Below, one piece after another: positions 28,301 through 36,843 of a stretch of 64,000 bases of DNA. Positions within the stretch are counted from its first letter, which is position 1. The number at the start of each line of letters is the position of its first letter. The DNA is from an uncultured Oscillospiraceae bacterium (GTDB lineage Bacteria > Bacillota > Clostridia > Oscillospirales > Oscillospiraceae): assembly GCA_964367935.1 (NCBI GenBank), contig CAYIYZ010000005.1, positions 77,215 to 141,214 of the forward strand. The letters are read 5' to 3'. The notes below the pieces were generated by a model. The model searched no databases. It was given only the letters and a program-made list of their open reading frames with translations, and was not told the origin of the DNA. The position numbers and the translations under genes were made by a program.

Positions 28301-28951
28301 TTCACATTCATACTTTGCTCTCGTGCCACTCACAAATTCATCCAACAGCTCCGTAACAAGAACTAGATCTTCAGGGTGATTCATAGCCTCCCATTCAGCC
28401 AATGAGCCGTCTATCTCATCCTGCGTATAGCCCAGCATACTCAAATACTCATCATTGTATGATATTACATCATTTACTAAGTCCCAGTCCCAAGTGCCGA
28501 ACTCCGCCACCTCTATGGCAAGATTTAATATGTCCGTACTCTCACGTAGCATCTGCTCCGTGAGTTTAATATTTGTTATGTCCTGCAACACACCGCAAAG
28601 AATCAGAGGTCTTCCATCCTCCGTATATTCCGTCACCTTGCCCTTATCATGACCCCAAATAATGCTGCCGTCCTTCTTGATCATCCTAAACTCTGCTTCA
28701 TATAACGGTGTTTCACCCGCAAGGTACTTATTTACATTATTCTCCGCTATCATTAAATCGCTCGGTAAAAGCATAGATTCCCAGGTCGATACATGTGGCA
28801 CAAGCTCCTCCTGCTCGTAGCCCACTATCTCCGCCCATTCCTTGCTGTACATAACATGATTGGTTTCCAAATTCCATACGAAAAGTCCTATTTTTGTAAT
28901 AGATATTGTCTCTGTCAAATGTTTTAACGTTATCATATTATTATCAGCCAT
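25319..28951 (-). CDS. Cytoplasmic hybrid sensor histidine kinase (PAS repeats, HisKA, HATPase_c, receiver domains, C-terminal HPt)
   Basis: No TM segments. PAS-like blocks at the N-terminus, H-box HEIRTPLNAILGMSE, G-box GTGLGLAI, receiver VLVVDDNKVNL...DLVFMDHMMPEMDG, and HPt EIHALKSAAGSIGA. The start is moved to ATG 28951 (GAGGGGG 5 nt upstream). Confidence 0.85.
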   Translation of the reverse strand: MADNNMITLKHLTETISITKIGLFVWNLETNHVMYSKEWAEIVGYEQEELVPHVSTWESMLLPSDLMIAENNVNKYLAGETPLYEAEFRMIKKDGSIIWGHDKGKVTEYTEDGRPLILCGVLQDITNIKLTEQMLRESTDILNLAIEVAEFGTWDWDLVNDVISYNDEYLSMLGYTQDEIDGSLAEWEAMNHPEDLVLVTELLDEFVSGTRAKYECEIRMRHKDGHYIWTRDVGRIISKDENGKATRVIGGHLNIDSLKNSQYQLEETLKEIENHQTHLENEIELRTWTLIEQDQLLMAVNDVSQKLLAVNESDDFDLVLVECLKSLTLAFKTSEFTLWRYIKVKEYEFFHLSHMYRGDTDDNIIFDVKDMSEYISKLLEEDEAFQIHSKEDGNVIINYSRTPLELRTVFETEKSVTDFMSGMSEQWQDNVRDNIENSGGSIATPIYLYNDPFGIIATGCEQGNISYTEAHESMLNISGKLFANAQYKHEMDEQLRAAHEEALLSSEAKSNFLANMSHEIRTPLNAILGMSEIVLRESRGRNTEEYAQEIKKASESLLVIINDILDISKIESGKLEIINVEYNIASLLSDIISLSKMRLEDKPVLLTTFIQSDIPGELYGDEIRIKQVLINLVSNAIKFTRAGNINIEVSCELQDDRAELICTVSDTGMGIKEEDMQRLFLQFERVDTKKNRNIEGTGLGLAITKQLCEMMGGTIEVRSEQGVGSIFTVRLPQRYSCSAPITNKAYGKTVLLYEARELYAESIERTFSDLEVQCTVCANQSELTQLLRESEFDYLLTPVVHIDKIKNLCSVMNLDIKVVLMTDPGDLTIYTGETTVSLPISCIQVAQVFGDGDLANVKKEEGSSFVAPSARVLVVDDNKVNLKVATGLMAPYRLNLDTAINGALAVEMVKSNKYDLVFMDHMMPEMDGIDATAAIRKLEGDYYKKLPIIALTANALVGAKELFVKEGMDDFLAKPVETQKLNEMLQRWLPKDKQEPIVTFERDTKDHKVMIAGVNTNYGISLIGGKLEDYYDVLNTFYFDGINRLETLSAANASRDIEVYRIEIHALKSAAGSIGAFSVSREAGSLEDAAIKGELAYIMEHSAEFENMFRELLSAIDEHLKRNLMRNFEEREEGNVALLESNLKEIEDALTTFDIDVLEKSIQECISYEWKGALDEMLKRLKSLVDSFDYYQARTVVEGMKNEMSLQYYN

Positions 28952-28984
28952 AAATGCCCCCTCTTTCACAAAGCCATCTCCACC

Positions 28985-30046
28985 CTACTGCGTCTCTATC
29001 TCCGAAATTTGTTTAAATTCGTCTGCCACTGCCACAAATGCAGCAACCATCACTGGATCAAAATGCTCACCACTGTCCTTAATTATTATCTCTACCGCCT
29101 CTTCATGCTCCTTAGCCTGCTTATACGGTCTTTTAGAAATTATAGCATCATAGGCATCCGCTATCGCCATCATCCTGCCCCCTATTGGTATATCAGCGCC
29201 CTTCAAGCCCTTCGGATATCCCTTGCCATTCCACTTCTCATGATGAGAGAGCGCAAACATCGCCGCAGTCTCCAGAAAGGCATAGTTATGTACGTCCTTA
29301 ACCGACGATATAATTATATCCCAGCCAAAATCCGTATGTTTTTTCATCGTATCAAACTCTTCTGTCGTCAACTTACCTTCTTTTAAAAGTATATGGTCAG
29401 GTATGCAAATCTTGCCCACATCATGCATCTGCGCAGCATGACAGAACATATGTACATCTACATCTCTCAATTCACCCGAATACTCAGAGTCATTTATTAA
29501 CTGCATCAACAACGCCCTTAAGTACCTACTTGTCCTCAGTATATGACCGCCTGTCGTATGGTCTCTTCGCTCTACCATCTCAGACATAGCGTAAACTACC
29601 GCATACTGCAACTCCTCTATATGCGCTACCTGCTCTTTTACCATCTGCTTTAAACCTATATTATAGTCGTGCAGTTTTAAATGTAACTCCACCCTCTTTT
29701 TAAGGAGTGCCGCCGAAAACGGCTTTCTTACATAGTCTACCGCACCTAAATTGAGACCTTGAAACTCACTGCTACCGTCATCCTTCGCAGTGAGAAATAT
29801 TACAGGTATACTCCTATACGGTTCGGGCAAATCCTTCTTTGTTCTCTCTATTACCTCAAAACCGCTCATGCCCGGCATCTCCACGTCAAGTAGTATCAAA
29901 TCCGGATTTGTATTCGGTATCTCCGCAAGTGCCATTGCCCCGTCTTTTATCAAAACAACATTATACTCGTCACACAGAGCCTTCCGTGCTATGCTCAAAT
30001 TCGTGACATTATCATCTATTATCATTATTTTCTTGTTCTTATTCAT
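28985..30046 (-). CDS. Response regulator with HD-GYP output domain (putative c-di-GMP phosphodiesterase)
   Basis: REC (IMIIDDNVTNL, DLILLDVEMPGMSG), HD (MHDVGKICIPD) and GYP (HHEKWNGKGYPKG). Confidence 0.85.
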   Translation of the reverse strand: MNKNKKIMIIDDNVTNLSIARKALCDEYNVVLIKDGAMALAEIPNTNPDLILLDVEMPGMSGFEVIERTKKDLPEPYRSIPVIFLTAKDDGSSEFQGLNLGAVDYVRKPFSAALLKKRVELHLKLHDYNIGLKQMVKEQVAHIEELQYAVVYAMSEMVERRDHTTGGHILRTSRYLRALLMQLINDSEYSGELRDVDVHMFCHAAQMHDVGKICIPDHILLKEGKLTTEEFDTMKKHTDFGWDIIISSVKDVHNYAFLETAAMFALSHHEKWNGKGYPKGLKGADIPIGGRMMAIADAYDAIISKRPYKQAKEHEEAVEIIIKDSGEHFDPVMVAAFVAVADEFKQISEIETQ

Positions 30047-30240
30047 AATGCGACTCCATATATTGTAATTGTGGACTTATTTTCAAAACAGCACTCTCAG
30101 TGATATGTCCCTCGGCACACTATAACGTTTATTAATTATATAACATTTCGTCTGCTTTTTCAATACAATTTCGTTACTGTTTACTGACTTTAAACGTACT
30201 ATACAGCCCTGAAACTACTGCTCCGACATATAAGGCAAGC

Positions 30241-30283
30241 GCACAAAGAAAACGGACGAGTCATTTTTGACTTGTCCGTTTTC
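30241..30283 (-). terminator. Intrinsic terminator (minus strand)
   Basis: GAAAACGGACGAGTCatttttGACTTGTCCGTTTTC. On the minus strand it is followed by TTTCTTTGTG. Confidence 0.7.
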
Positions 30284-30295
30284 TTATACTAAGTA

Positions 30296-30886
30296 CTATA
30301 TTTCTTTTGCCTCTAAATACACAGACCACATATCAAGCTCAGCATAATATTCTCTGCCCGTTGTTTTGTGTTCGGAAATAGGGCTATTACTGTAAGTTGC
30401 AGCCTGCTTCATCATCCAAGCAATGTAATTCATCCTATCATTTATTCCGGGTGTTAATACTTCACCGTAAACAGTGTGATTAAGCATACCGGTAAGAGAG
30501 CCCAAAGCTGCACCCTTGCCGCCGTTTAAATGCCCTTCTAAGGCACGAAACTCGATGTATGTGGCATTTTTAGGGTCTACTTTGTTAATCTCTATGGTCT
30601 GCTCAAAGCGATTACCTGTTTTGTTGTCAACCCCTACTACATGTGCTATTGGGTTTTCGTCGGTCGACTCCGCCGCATAGTCAACCCTAATCGACATGCC
30701 ATTGGCTTGTCCACCTGAAAAAATGGTGTTTTCATTGGGCATGAATACATGAATATTTGTAGGTGTTTCACTCTGACTAACTAAACGGGTAAGATCCGCA
30801 AAGCTTCTGTTGGTATTTTGACTGTTAACTACAGCATTTTTCGTCTGCCCAAGCGGGCTATATGACACTTGATTTCCAATTCTCAT
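30296..30886 (-). CDS. Hypothetical protein (196 aa), no recognisable family
   Basis: A strong RBS AAAGGAGGA precedes the ATG. No motif I can name. Confidence 0.55.
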   Translation of the reverse strand: MRIGNQVSYSPLGQTKNAVVNSQNTNRSFADLTRLVSQSETPTNIHVFMPNENTIFSGGQANGMSIRVDYAAESTDENPIAHVVGVDNKTGNRFEQTIEINKVDPKNATYIEFRALEGHLNGGKGAALGSLTGMLNHTVYGEVLTPGINDRMNYIAWMMKQAATYSNSPISEHKTTGREYYAELDMWSVYLEAKEI

Positions 30887-30940
30887 AATCTATCCTCCTT
30901 TTATGATAAACTGCACGTCGTCAATTCGTAACTTCTTCGC

Positions 30941-31357
30941 CTAAAAAACAAAAATCGCAATCACAATCATTACCCCGGCTAAGACAAAACATATCGCCGA
31001 AGCAAGTGCATTTGAGTTTGTCCCTATTATTGTATTCGGCACGGCCTCGTTCGGTCTGCTTTTATACACTCGCAGCTGCACCGTATCGCCCTCCTTATAT
31101 TTCGACACCGCTTTACCAAAAAAGTTTGTAGCTATGGCATGCGCTGACTTATATTTCCTGCCACCATACTCATATTCAAACACAGGCGCATAGTTATTGC
31201 TCGTGCCATCCCCCACACTCTGCGTATGTCCTAACTCAAAGCCGACTACCCTGCCGCACACTACCTCGTACTCACCCTCACTTGCGTTTGCATTTTTCCT
31301 AAGACCGTATACACCCGTCGCCACAAACGCTATCGCCATCACTATTAGTATACCCAC
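30941..31357 (-). CDS. DUF3592-like membrane protein
   Basis: Two terminal TM helices flank a beta-rich core (GRVVGFE...YAPVFEYEYGGRKYKS...YKEGDTVQLRVY), which is typical of DUF3592. Confidence 0.55.
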   Translation of the reverse strand: MGILIVMAIAFVATGVYGLRKNANASEGEYEVVCGRVVGFELGHTQSVGDGTSNNYAPVFEYEYGGRKYKSAHAIATNFFGKAVSKYKEGDTVQLRVYKSRPNEAVPNTIIGTNSNALASAICFVLAGVMIVIAIFVF

Positions 31358-31382
31358 AGCCTTTTCCTCTCTTTACTCTTTT

Positions 31383-32615
31383 CTATATACTCCCATCCCA
31401 TATTCTCACATCTATGCCGCCGTTAACTTCGTCAAACGCCGGGTCATACACCAAATGTAAGTTTTCAAGTCCTCTCTCAAACTCCAAGTACGCCCACTCA
31501 TTTAATACACTGCCCTCGCCGCTCTCATAGCCCGACATCATCGCACGTATATCGCAGACCTTCACGCCCCTACCCTCACTGTAAATACCAAAGCGGTGAA
31601 AGTCAAATATCATCAGTGGCTTATACGACACATGTGTTATATACGCCTCACCTGTCAGATTATTCTTCTCAAGGCTTATATCCACACAGGCCGACAGCGG
31701 TTCATAGTCACCATCCATATTCGCAAAAAAGTTGCCGAGACTGTACACGATAAAACCCGTCTTTTCCACGCCGTCTATGTCCGTAAACTCTCGTAGTTCC
31801 ATAGGCTGAGGCACATGCGGATGACTGCCCACAATGATATCCACGCCATTATAAAAGAAATAGTCCGACAGTTGTTCCTGATACTCTATAGGCTCTAAAT
31901 AATACTCATAGCCCCAGTGAAGCTGCATTACTATAAAGTCAGTTTCGAGAGCCCTCGCCGCCGCAAGATCTGAGTCTAAGCCTTCATAGTCTACATGCAG
32001 TGGGTTTACACTCTTATAGTCCGTAAATATCGTGTTGACCGCATAATCGAAATTATCTATGTCCATGCCGTTCGTGCCATAGGTATACGCCATAAACGCC
32101 ACACTCACCCCATTTATGTCCTTGACGACTATACCGTTATTCTCATCGCGTTCCTCCTGTGAACGATAGGTGCCCACGTGGTCAAGACCCTGCTCGTCAA
32201 GTATATCCAATGTGCGGTAGAGACCTGCCTCAAGCCCGTCCATAGCGTGATTACTTGCCGTATTTATAAGGTCAAAACCAACGTCCTTGAGGCCCGTCGC
32301 AAGCTCCCCGGGCGTCTTGAACATAGGGTAGCCCGTGTAGTACTGTACATCGGGAAAACTCGTCTCTATAGTGCATATGCTGTAGTCAGACTCACTGAGT
32401 GCCTGCCTCACACCGTCGAAAAACGGTGCATAGTCATAGCCCTCGTCCGTCATCGCCTCTGCATTTATTCTATCGTGTATCACTATATCCCCGAAAACGC
32501 TCAGCTTCGCTGTACTGAGCACCTCCACCTCTACCGTAAGTTCCTCTAGCTGTGACACATTTGCATAAACACTGAGAAATAGTATTATATTCGCAAGCAT
32601 TTTTACTACAGACAT
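31383..32615 (-). CDS. CapA-family (PGA_cap) protein, second paralogue
   Basis: Signal/anchor segment, then NTASNHAMDG, HWGYEYYLEP, GSHPHVPQPME and YSLGNFFAN. Confidence 0.75.
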   Translation of the reverse strand: MSVVKMLANIILFLSVYANVSQLEELTVEVEVLSTAKLSVFGDIVIHDRINAEAMTDEGYDYAPFFDGVRQALSESDYSICTIETSFPDVQYYTGYPMFKTPGELATGLKDVGFDLINTASNHAMDGLEAGLYRTLDILDEQGLDHVGTYRSQEERDENNGIVVKDINGVSVAFMAYTYGTNGMDIDNFDYAVNTIFTDYKSVNPLHVDYEGLDSDLAAARALETDFIVMQLHWGYEYYLEPIEYQEQLSDYFFYNGVDIIVGSHPHVPQPMELREFTDIDGVEKTGFIVYSLGNFFANMDGDYEPLSACVDISLEKNNLTGEAYITHVSYKPLMIFDFHRFGIYSEGRGVKVCDIRAMMSGYESGEGSVLNEWAYLEFERGLENLHLVYDPAFDEVNGGIDVRIWDGSI

Positions 32616-32757
32616 GCTCTTCGCTCCCCCATCTCGACCTTTTCTCTTTACTTATTATAATACATTTCTTTAAGTAGCGCAAACAGATATGCTTGTAATT
32701 TAGGAAAATTTGTGTTATACTCTGCGTATAAAAAGTTTGTATAAGAGGAGCACCGTC

Positions 32758-33429
32758 ATGAATATATCAAATGTACAGGGCGCAAGTGCCTACAGTAGTA
32801 TAGCAAGCACAAATGCCGACGCTGTGGCTAAGAGCTCTCAGAATACGCTTATTGAGGAAAGTGCTAAAAATGTTGACACTTTCAATAAGTCCGAGGCCGA
32901 GACGGAGAGTGTTACATATGCTCCGCCCAAGAAGCTCACGCAGGCACAGTTAGAGGAAATTAACAGGCAATCACTCGAAAACAATCTTAAGTTTCTTGCG
33001 GACATGGTGGGTGAAAATATCAGTGCGCAGTCAGCTCAGGTTTCAAGCTACTACGACGGCTTTGAGCTGAGTGAGGACAGCACTGCCCTCTTAACCGAGA
33101 TATTCGGCAGTTTAGAGGCGGCTTTGCCCGTCCCTGCCACCACTGCCGAGGGCGCACTTGCGGACATTTCAGAGGGCGGAGCCTACTCTGTTGAGGCTGT
33201 GTCCGATAGGATAATGACCATGGCTAACTTCTTTGCCGACGGTGACCTTGACGTGCTCGCTGAAATGAAAGATGCTGTCATGAAGGGCTTCGAGGAGGCG
33301 GGTCTCAATTTGGAGACCGGTGAGGGTATGCCCGACATCACCATGGATACATATGAGCATGTAATGAAGGAGTTTGACAGCTTGTTAAACCCCGAAACGC
33401 AGGAAGTCCCTGCCGAAACCGAGAAGTAG
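32758..33429 (+). CDS. Acidic hypothetical protein (possibly DUF5610-like)
   Basis: Start moved to ATG 32758 (RBS AGAGGAG). The C-terminal YSVEAVSDRIMTMANFFADGD...MKGFEEAG...MPDITMDTYEHVMKEFD resembles my recollection of DUF5610. The name is tentative. Confidence 0.4.
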   Translation: MNISNVQGASAYSSIASTNADAVAKSSQNTLIEESAKNVDTFNKSEAETESVTYAPPKKLTQAQLEEINRQSLENNLKFLADMVGENISAQSAQVSSYYDGFELSEDSTALLTEIFGSLEAALPVPATTAEGALADISEGGAYSVEAVSDRIMTMANFFADGDLDVLAEMKDAVMKGFEEAGLNLETGEGMPDITMDTYEHVMKEFDSLLNPETQEVPAETEK

Positions 33430-33441
33430 AGATGAATTCAT

Positions 33442-33477
33442 AAATCCACAGCCGCATTGTACGGCTGTGGATTTTTT
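33442..33477 (+). terminator. Intrinsic terminator
   Basis: AAATCCACAGCCGcattgtaCGGCTGTGGATTTTTT. Confidence 0.85.
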
Positions 33478-33575
33478 AGTTAATAAAATGACGCTCATGG
33501 TGCAATCTACTCTTGTTTAATTTAGTATACTAAATATACCGTAGGGCGGTAAAAAAATATAAAGGAGCTGAAATC

Positions 33576-34076
33576 ATGTCAGAAGAATTGAAAATGCTAT
33601 TAGCCAAGGAAGCCATCAGAGACCAAATTTACACCTATTGTCGTGCACTCGACAGAATTGACAATGAACTGGGTTACTCGGTCTTTGCCGAGGACAGTGA
33701 GGTCAATTACGGGCCCACTTTCCCCAAAGGAACAGGTCGACAATTCATAGACGAAATGCTTAACCAGCATAGAAATATGATTTCGACCCACCATATGATG
33801 ACCAATATTCTCATCGAGATTGACGGTGACAGAGCAAAGAGTGAGACCTACATGTACGCCGCCTGTAAGTTCCCCTCAAAGGACGACAGCACCTTCACTG
33901 TTGAGGCTCGTTGCCGTGACATTGACCTGTGGGAATGTCGTGAGGGTAAGTGGCTGATTGTTAAGCGCATTGTGGCAGGCGACAACACGAGGATATTGTC
34001 ACGCTACAAGGATCTGCCTAACTATAACTGCGGTCGTGACGACAAGACTGACCCTTGCTACACTGTAAATTTATAA
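33576..34076 (+). CDS. SnoaL-like / NTF2-fold protein
   Basis: 166 aa. The N-terminal pattern IRDQIYTYCRALDRID and alternating beta pattern are typical of SnoaL_4-type NTF2-like proteins. Confidence 0.6.
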   Translation: MSEELKMLLAKEAIRDQIYTYCRALDRIDNELGYSVFAEDSEVNYGPTFPKGTGRQFIDEMLNQHRNMISTHHMMTNILIEIDGDRAKSETYMYAACKFPSKDDSTFTVEARCRDIDLWECREGKWLIVKRIVAGDNTRILSRYKDLPNYNCGRDDKTDPCYTVNL

Positions 34077-34089
34077 GTTTTTCCTTTAG

Positions 34090-34125
34090 AGGTCGTGAGG
34101 CTATTTCGCCTTACGACCTTTTTTC
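34090..34125 (+). terminator. Intrinsic terminator
   Basis: AGGTCGTGAGGCtatttcGCCTTACGACCT followed by TTTTTT. Confidence 0.85.
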
Positions 34126-34143
34126 GGCTCTGATTTGCATGTA

Positions 34144-34172
34144 TTGCTATTTTTTATTTACAATGCTATAAT
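34144..34172 (+). promoter_or_regulatory. Sigma-70-type promoter
   Basis: TTGCTA (34144-34149), 17-nt spacer, TATAAT (34167-34172). Confidence 0.45.
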
Positions 34173-34199
34173 ATCAGAAAAAATTATCGGGGGATTAAT

Positions 34200-35561
34200 A
34201 TGCCCAACACTGAACGTGACACGAATGATCAAACTCGTAAAAACAAAATACAATCTGCTTATAATTTTTTCAGGCTGCTATTCGTTTTTTTACTTGCAGG
34301 CCTGTTTATTATCACCGCTTTTTTGAGGGTAGATGATTGGTCTGATGAGCAGTCGTCACGGCCGCTCACAGGAACAAAGTCAGCGGCAAATGTTTTAAGA
34401 GACGACAGTGTTCTTTTAGTGCGTCCCACTCCGACACCAACACCCACGCCGACACCTACGTCAGCTCCTAGCACGACACCCGAACCTGTACCCACCGAGG
34501 ACTTAAATGCACAGCCTGTGCCTGCACTGGCCCCTATTTTACCGCAAGCTGAGCAAGGGTATATAACGGAAATTACACATAGCGCCTTTGAATTGCCCAT
34601 CATAAATGCAACGGGCTACACCGCTGTGGACACTGACATAATGTCCGATGCTACAGGCACAAGTGCGGTAGGATCCATTAATGCCGGACAAGCATTTAAA
34701 ATACTCGCCGAACACGGATCTTGGTGGTACATTGAGTTTAACGACGCCGTTGGTTGGGTGGACAGTAACATCTGTTTTATAAATTTACCCGATGTTGTCC
34801 CGTCTATCGTATACAACATTACAAATTCATCTGCTTCACTCTACATGAGTTCGGGCTTTGAGCTACCCGACATAACAGGTCATGCACTATACAATAGTTT
34901 GTCATATAACGAGCGACTTGAGCGCGAGCATTACGTCGTGCCTGTTCTCTACCCCATGGCAAAGAAAATCTCGGAGGCACAACAGCTTGCACTCTCCGAG
35001 GGTAACACACTTATTATTTTCGAAGTGTATCGACCACAGGCAACTCAAGTACGGATAGCAGACACTTTGCAGTCACTTTCCGAGAGTAATGCGGACGTTC
35101 ACAGTGGTATAAACACTGAGCCTTGGACTGTGGATTGGTTTGTCGCCAGTGGCATTTCTTACCATCAAAAGGGAATCGCCATAGACGTCAGCCTCGCTGC
35201 TGTCGAGAAAGCCGAGACAAGGTATGCTGGCAATTACGCATACACGGCGGTTACGGAGTACACGCCCTACACCATGCCCACAGACATGCACGAGCTGAGT
35301 GCAAGCGCCGCCGCTTTCACCACTGCCGTCGAGGCATCGTCCGAGACCGATTGGCTAAGCGCTTCGCTTGCAGAGAGCATGAACGAACCATCAATAACGC
35401 TACAAGGCTATTGTACAGAAGCAGGACTCACCCCCTTAGCATCCGAATGGTGGCATTTTAATGACCTTGAAACAGCTGCACTTGTCGGCGAGCTCACAAG
35501 TAGAGGTGACTTCACACTATCGCAATGCCTGAGCGAAGCACCGCCGACTGTCGAGGGGTAA
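34200..35561 (+). CDS. Membrane-anchored M15-family (VanY/VanX-like) D-Ala-D-Ala peptidase with SH3b domain
   Basis: TM anchor, PTPTPTPTPTPT linker, and an SH3b-like stretch AGQAFKILAEHGSWWYIEFNDAVGWV. Zn ligand blocks are SYHQKGIAIDVS and SEWWHFND. Confidence 0.75.
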   Translation: MPNTERDTNDQTRKNKIQSAYNFFRLLFVFLLAGLFIITAFLRVDDWSDEQSSRPLTGTKSAANVLRDDSVLLVRPTPTPTPTPTPTSAPSTTPEPVPTEDLNAQPVPALAPILPQAEQGYITEITHSAFELPIINATGYTAVDTDIMSDATGTSAVGSINAGQAFKILAEHGSWWYIEFNDAVGWVDSNICFINLPDVVPSIVYNITNSSASLYMSSGFELPDITGHALYNSLSYNERLEREHYVVPVLYPMAKKISEAQQLALSEGNTLIIFEVYRPQATQVRIADTLQSLSESNADVHSGINTEPWTVDWFVASGISYHQKGIAIDVSLAAVEKAETRYAGNYAYTAVTEYTPYTMPTDMHELSASAAAFTTAVEASSETDWLSASLAESMNEPSITLQGYCTEAGLTPLASEWWHFNDLETAALVGELTSRGDFTLSQCLSEAPPTVEG

Positions 35562-35591
35562 TGTAAACAACATTAAACTTGGAGGTGCGAT

Positions 35592-36746
35592 ATGAGATTT
35601 GCTATGATTATTTTCAGTATGTTCACTGCTCTTATGATAGGCGGCGGGCAGGATGACGCTGTGGTTTTGACGCAAAATTCGGGCGTCTCTGCAAGCGTGT
35701 TGAGTAATGCCGAATTTGCCGAAACATGGCAGAACCGCTTACAGGACACCGATTATTCTTACAGTTTCAATTCAGTCGAGCACGGAGACGTGCTAAACTT
35801 CGGCTATGATTATGCGCCCTCACCTCATCCATATGAGAACTCTCTCGTGAGCACGGAATTTGCACTTTCCGAGGACGGTACACTCTATATTTTCATGCGA
35901 GGTGTGGGTATCGCTGTATTTTCGGTTTCGGGCGAATATATCGAAACCATAACCTTTCCCGACCTCGAAGACAGCTACACCTACACTAACATGAGCTTAG
36001 ATGAGCTTGGCGGAAACATGTACTTTCAAGCTTTCACGCCATCTTTAGAGGGCGATGATACCTACTTAGTAAAGCTCAGCCTACACGATCACACCCTGAC
36101 AAAGTACAATACAACAGGCACAGTTTTGAACGGAGCACTTGTCAGAGCCGTAAGCGGTACTCTGTACATTCATTATAACAACAGCTACTACACTCTGAGC
36201 ATTGACGGTGACGTTTATAGTTTGGAGACGGAGTTTCAGAGTATAGACCCGTGGGTAAGTCTGCCTGACGAGCTGCGGGGCATGTACTTTCCTTTTAGGG
36301 CTAACGCTGTGAGTGACGCTGCGGATATGTTTGAAATTGTACTGTACGATGAACAGGGCGAGGGTGCAAAGTATGTATACAGTAATGAGAACAGGGTGCT
36401 TAGCCAGGAGAAAGTTAATGGCGTCGCTCCGTGGTCACAACTGAGCGTACGCAGTATGTACATGAGCGAGACGCCCGACGAGTTTTTCATATGGCTCAAA
36501 GAGGACATCATGGGCAAAAACGCTACGTTTCAAGATACGGTCACCGAGAGCTATGAGCACATGTTGCGCATAGATGCACAGGGTACAATTTCAGCTCTCT
36601 GCGAGGTGCCGAGCGAGCTACACCACATAAGAGACGCTCAGGACGCTTACATCATGACAAACGACGGCGGGACCATACACATAGCGAAAATAGAGTATTT
36701 TCTGAGTGATTGGCAGGACAATGACATTTTTGTGAGAGTGTCGTAA
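35592..36746 (+). CDS. Hypothetical secreted protein
   Basis: RBS GGAGGTG and a hydrophobic N-terminus MIIFSMFTALMIGG. No family recognised. Confidence 0.55.
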   Translation: MRFAMIIFSMFTALMIGGGQDDAVVLTQNSGVSASVLSNAEFAETWQNRLQDTDYSYSFNSVEHGDVLNFGYDYAPSPHPYENSLVSTEFALSEDGTLYIFMRGVGIAVFSVSGEYIETITFPDLEDSYTYTNMSLDELGGNMYFQAFTPSLEGDDTYLVKLSLHDHTLTKYNTTGTVLNGALVRAVSGTLYIHYNNSYYTLSIDGDVYSLETEFQSIDPWVSLPDELRGMYFPFRANAVSDAADMFEIVLYDEQGEGAKYVYSNENRVLSQEKVNGVAPWSQLSVRSMYMSETPDEFFIWLKEDIMGKNATFQDTVTESYEHMLRIDAQGTISALCEVPSELHHIRDAQDAYIMTNDGGTIHIAKIEYFLSDWQDNDIFVRVS

Positions 36747-36756
36747 GTAAAACAGC

Positions 36757-36799
36757 AAACAACCGACGGATAATATCCGTCGGTTGTTTATTTATTTTG
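36757..36799. terminator. Bidirectional terminator
   Basis: AACAACCGACGGATaatATCCGTCGGTTGTT followed by TATTTATTTT. Confidence 0.8.
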
Positions 36800-36802
36800 C
36801 GT

Positions 36803-36840
36803 AACACTATGGGGCGAAAGCCCCATAGTGTTTTTCTTTG
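36803..36840 (+). terminator. Second hairpin with T-run
   Basis: AACACTATGGGGCgaaaGCCCCATAGTGTT followed by TTTTCTTT. Confidence 0.6.
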
Positions 36841-36843
36841 AAC

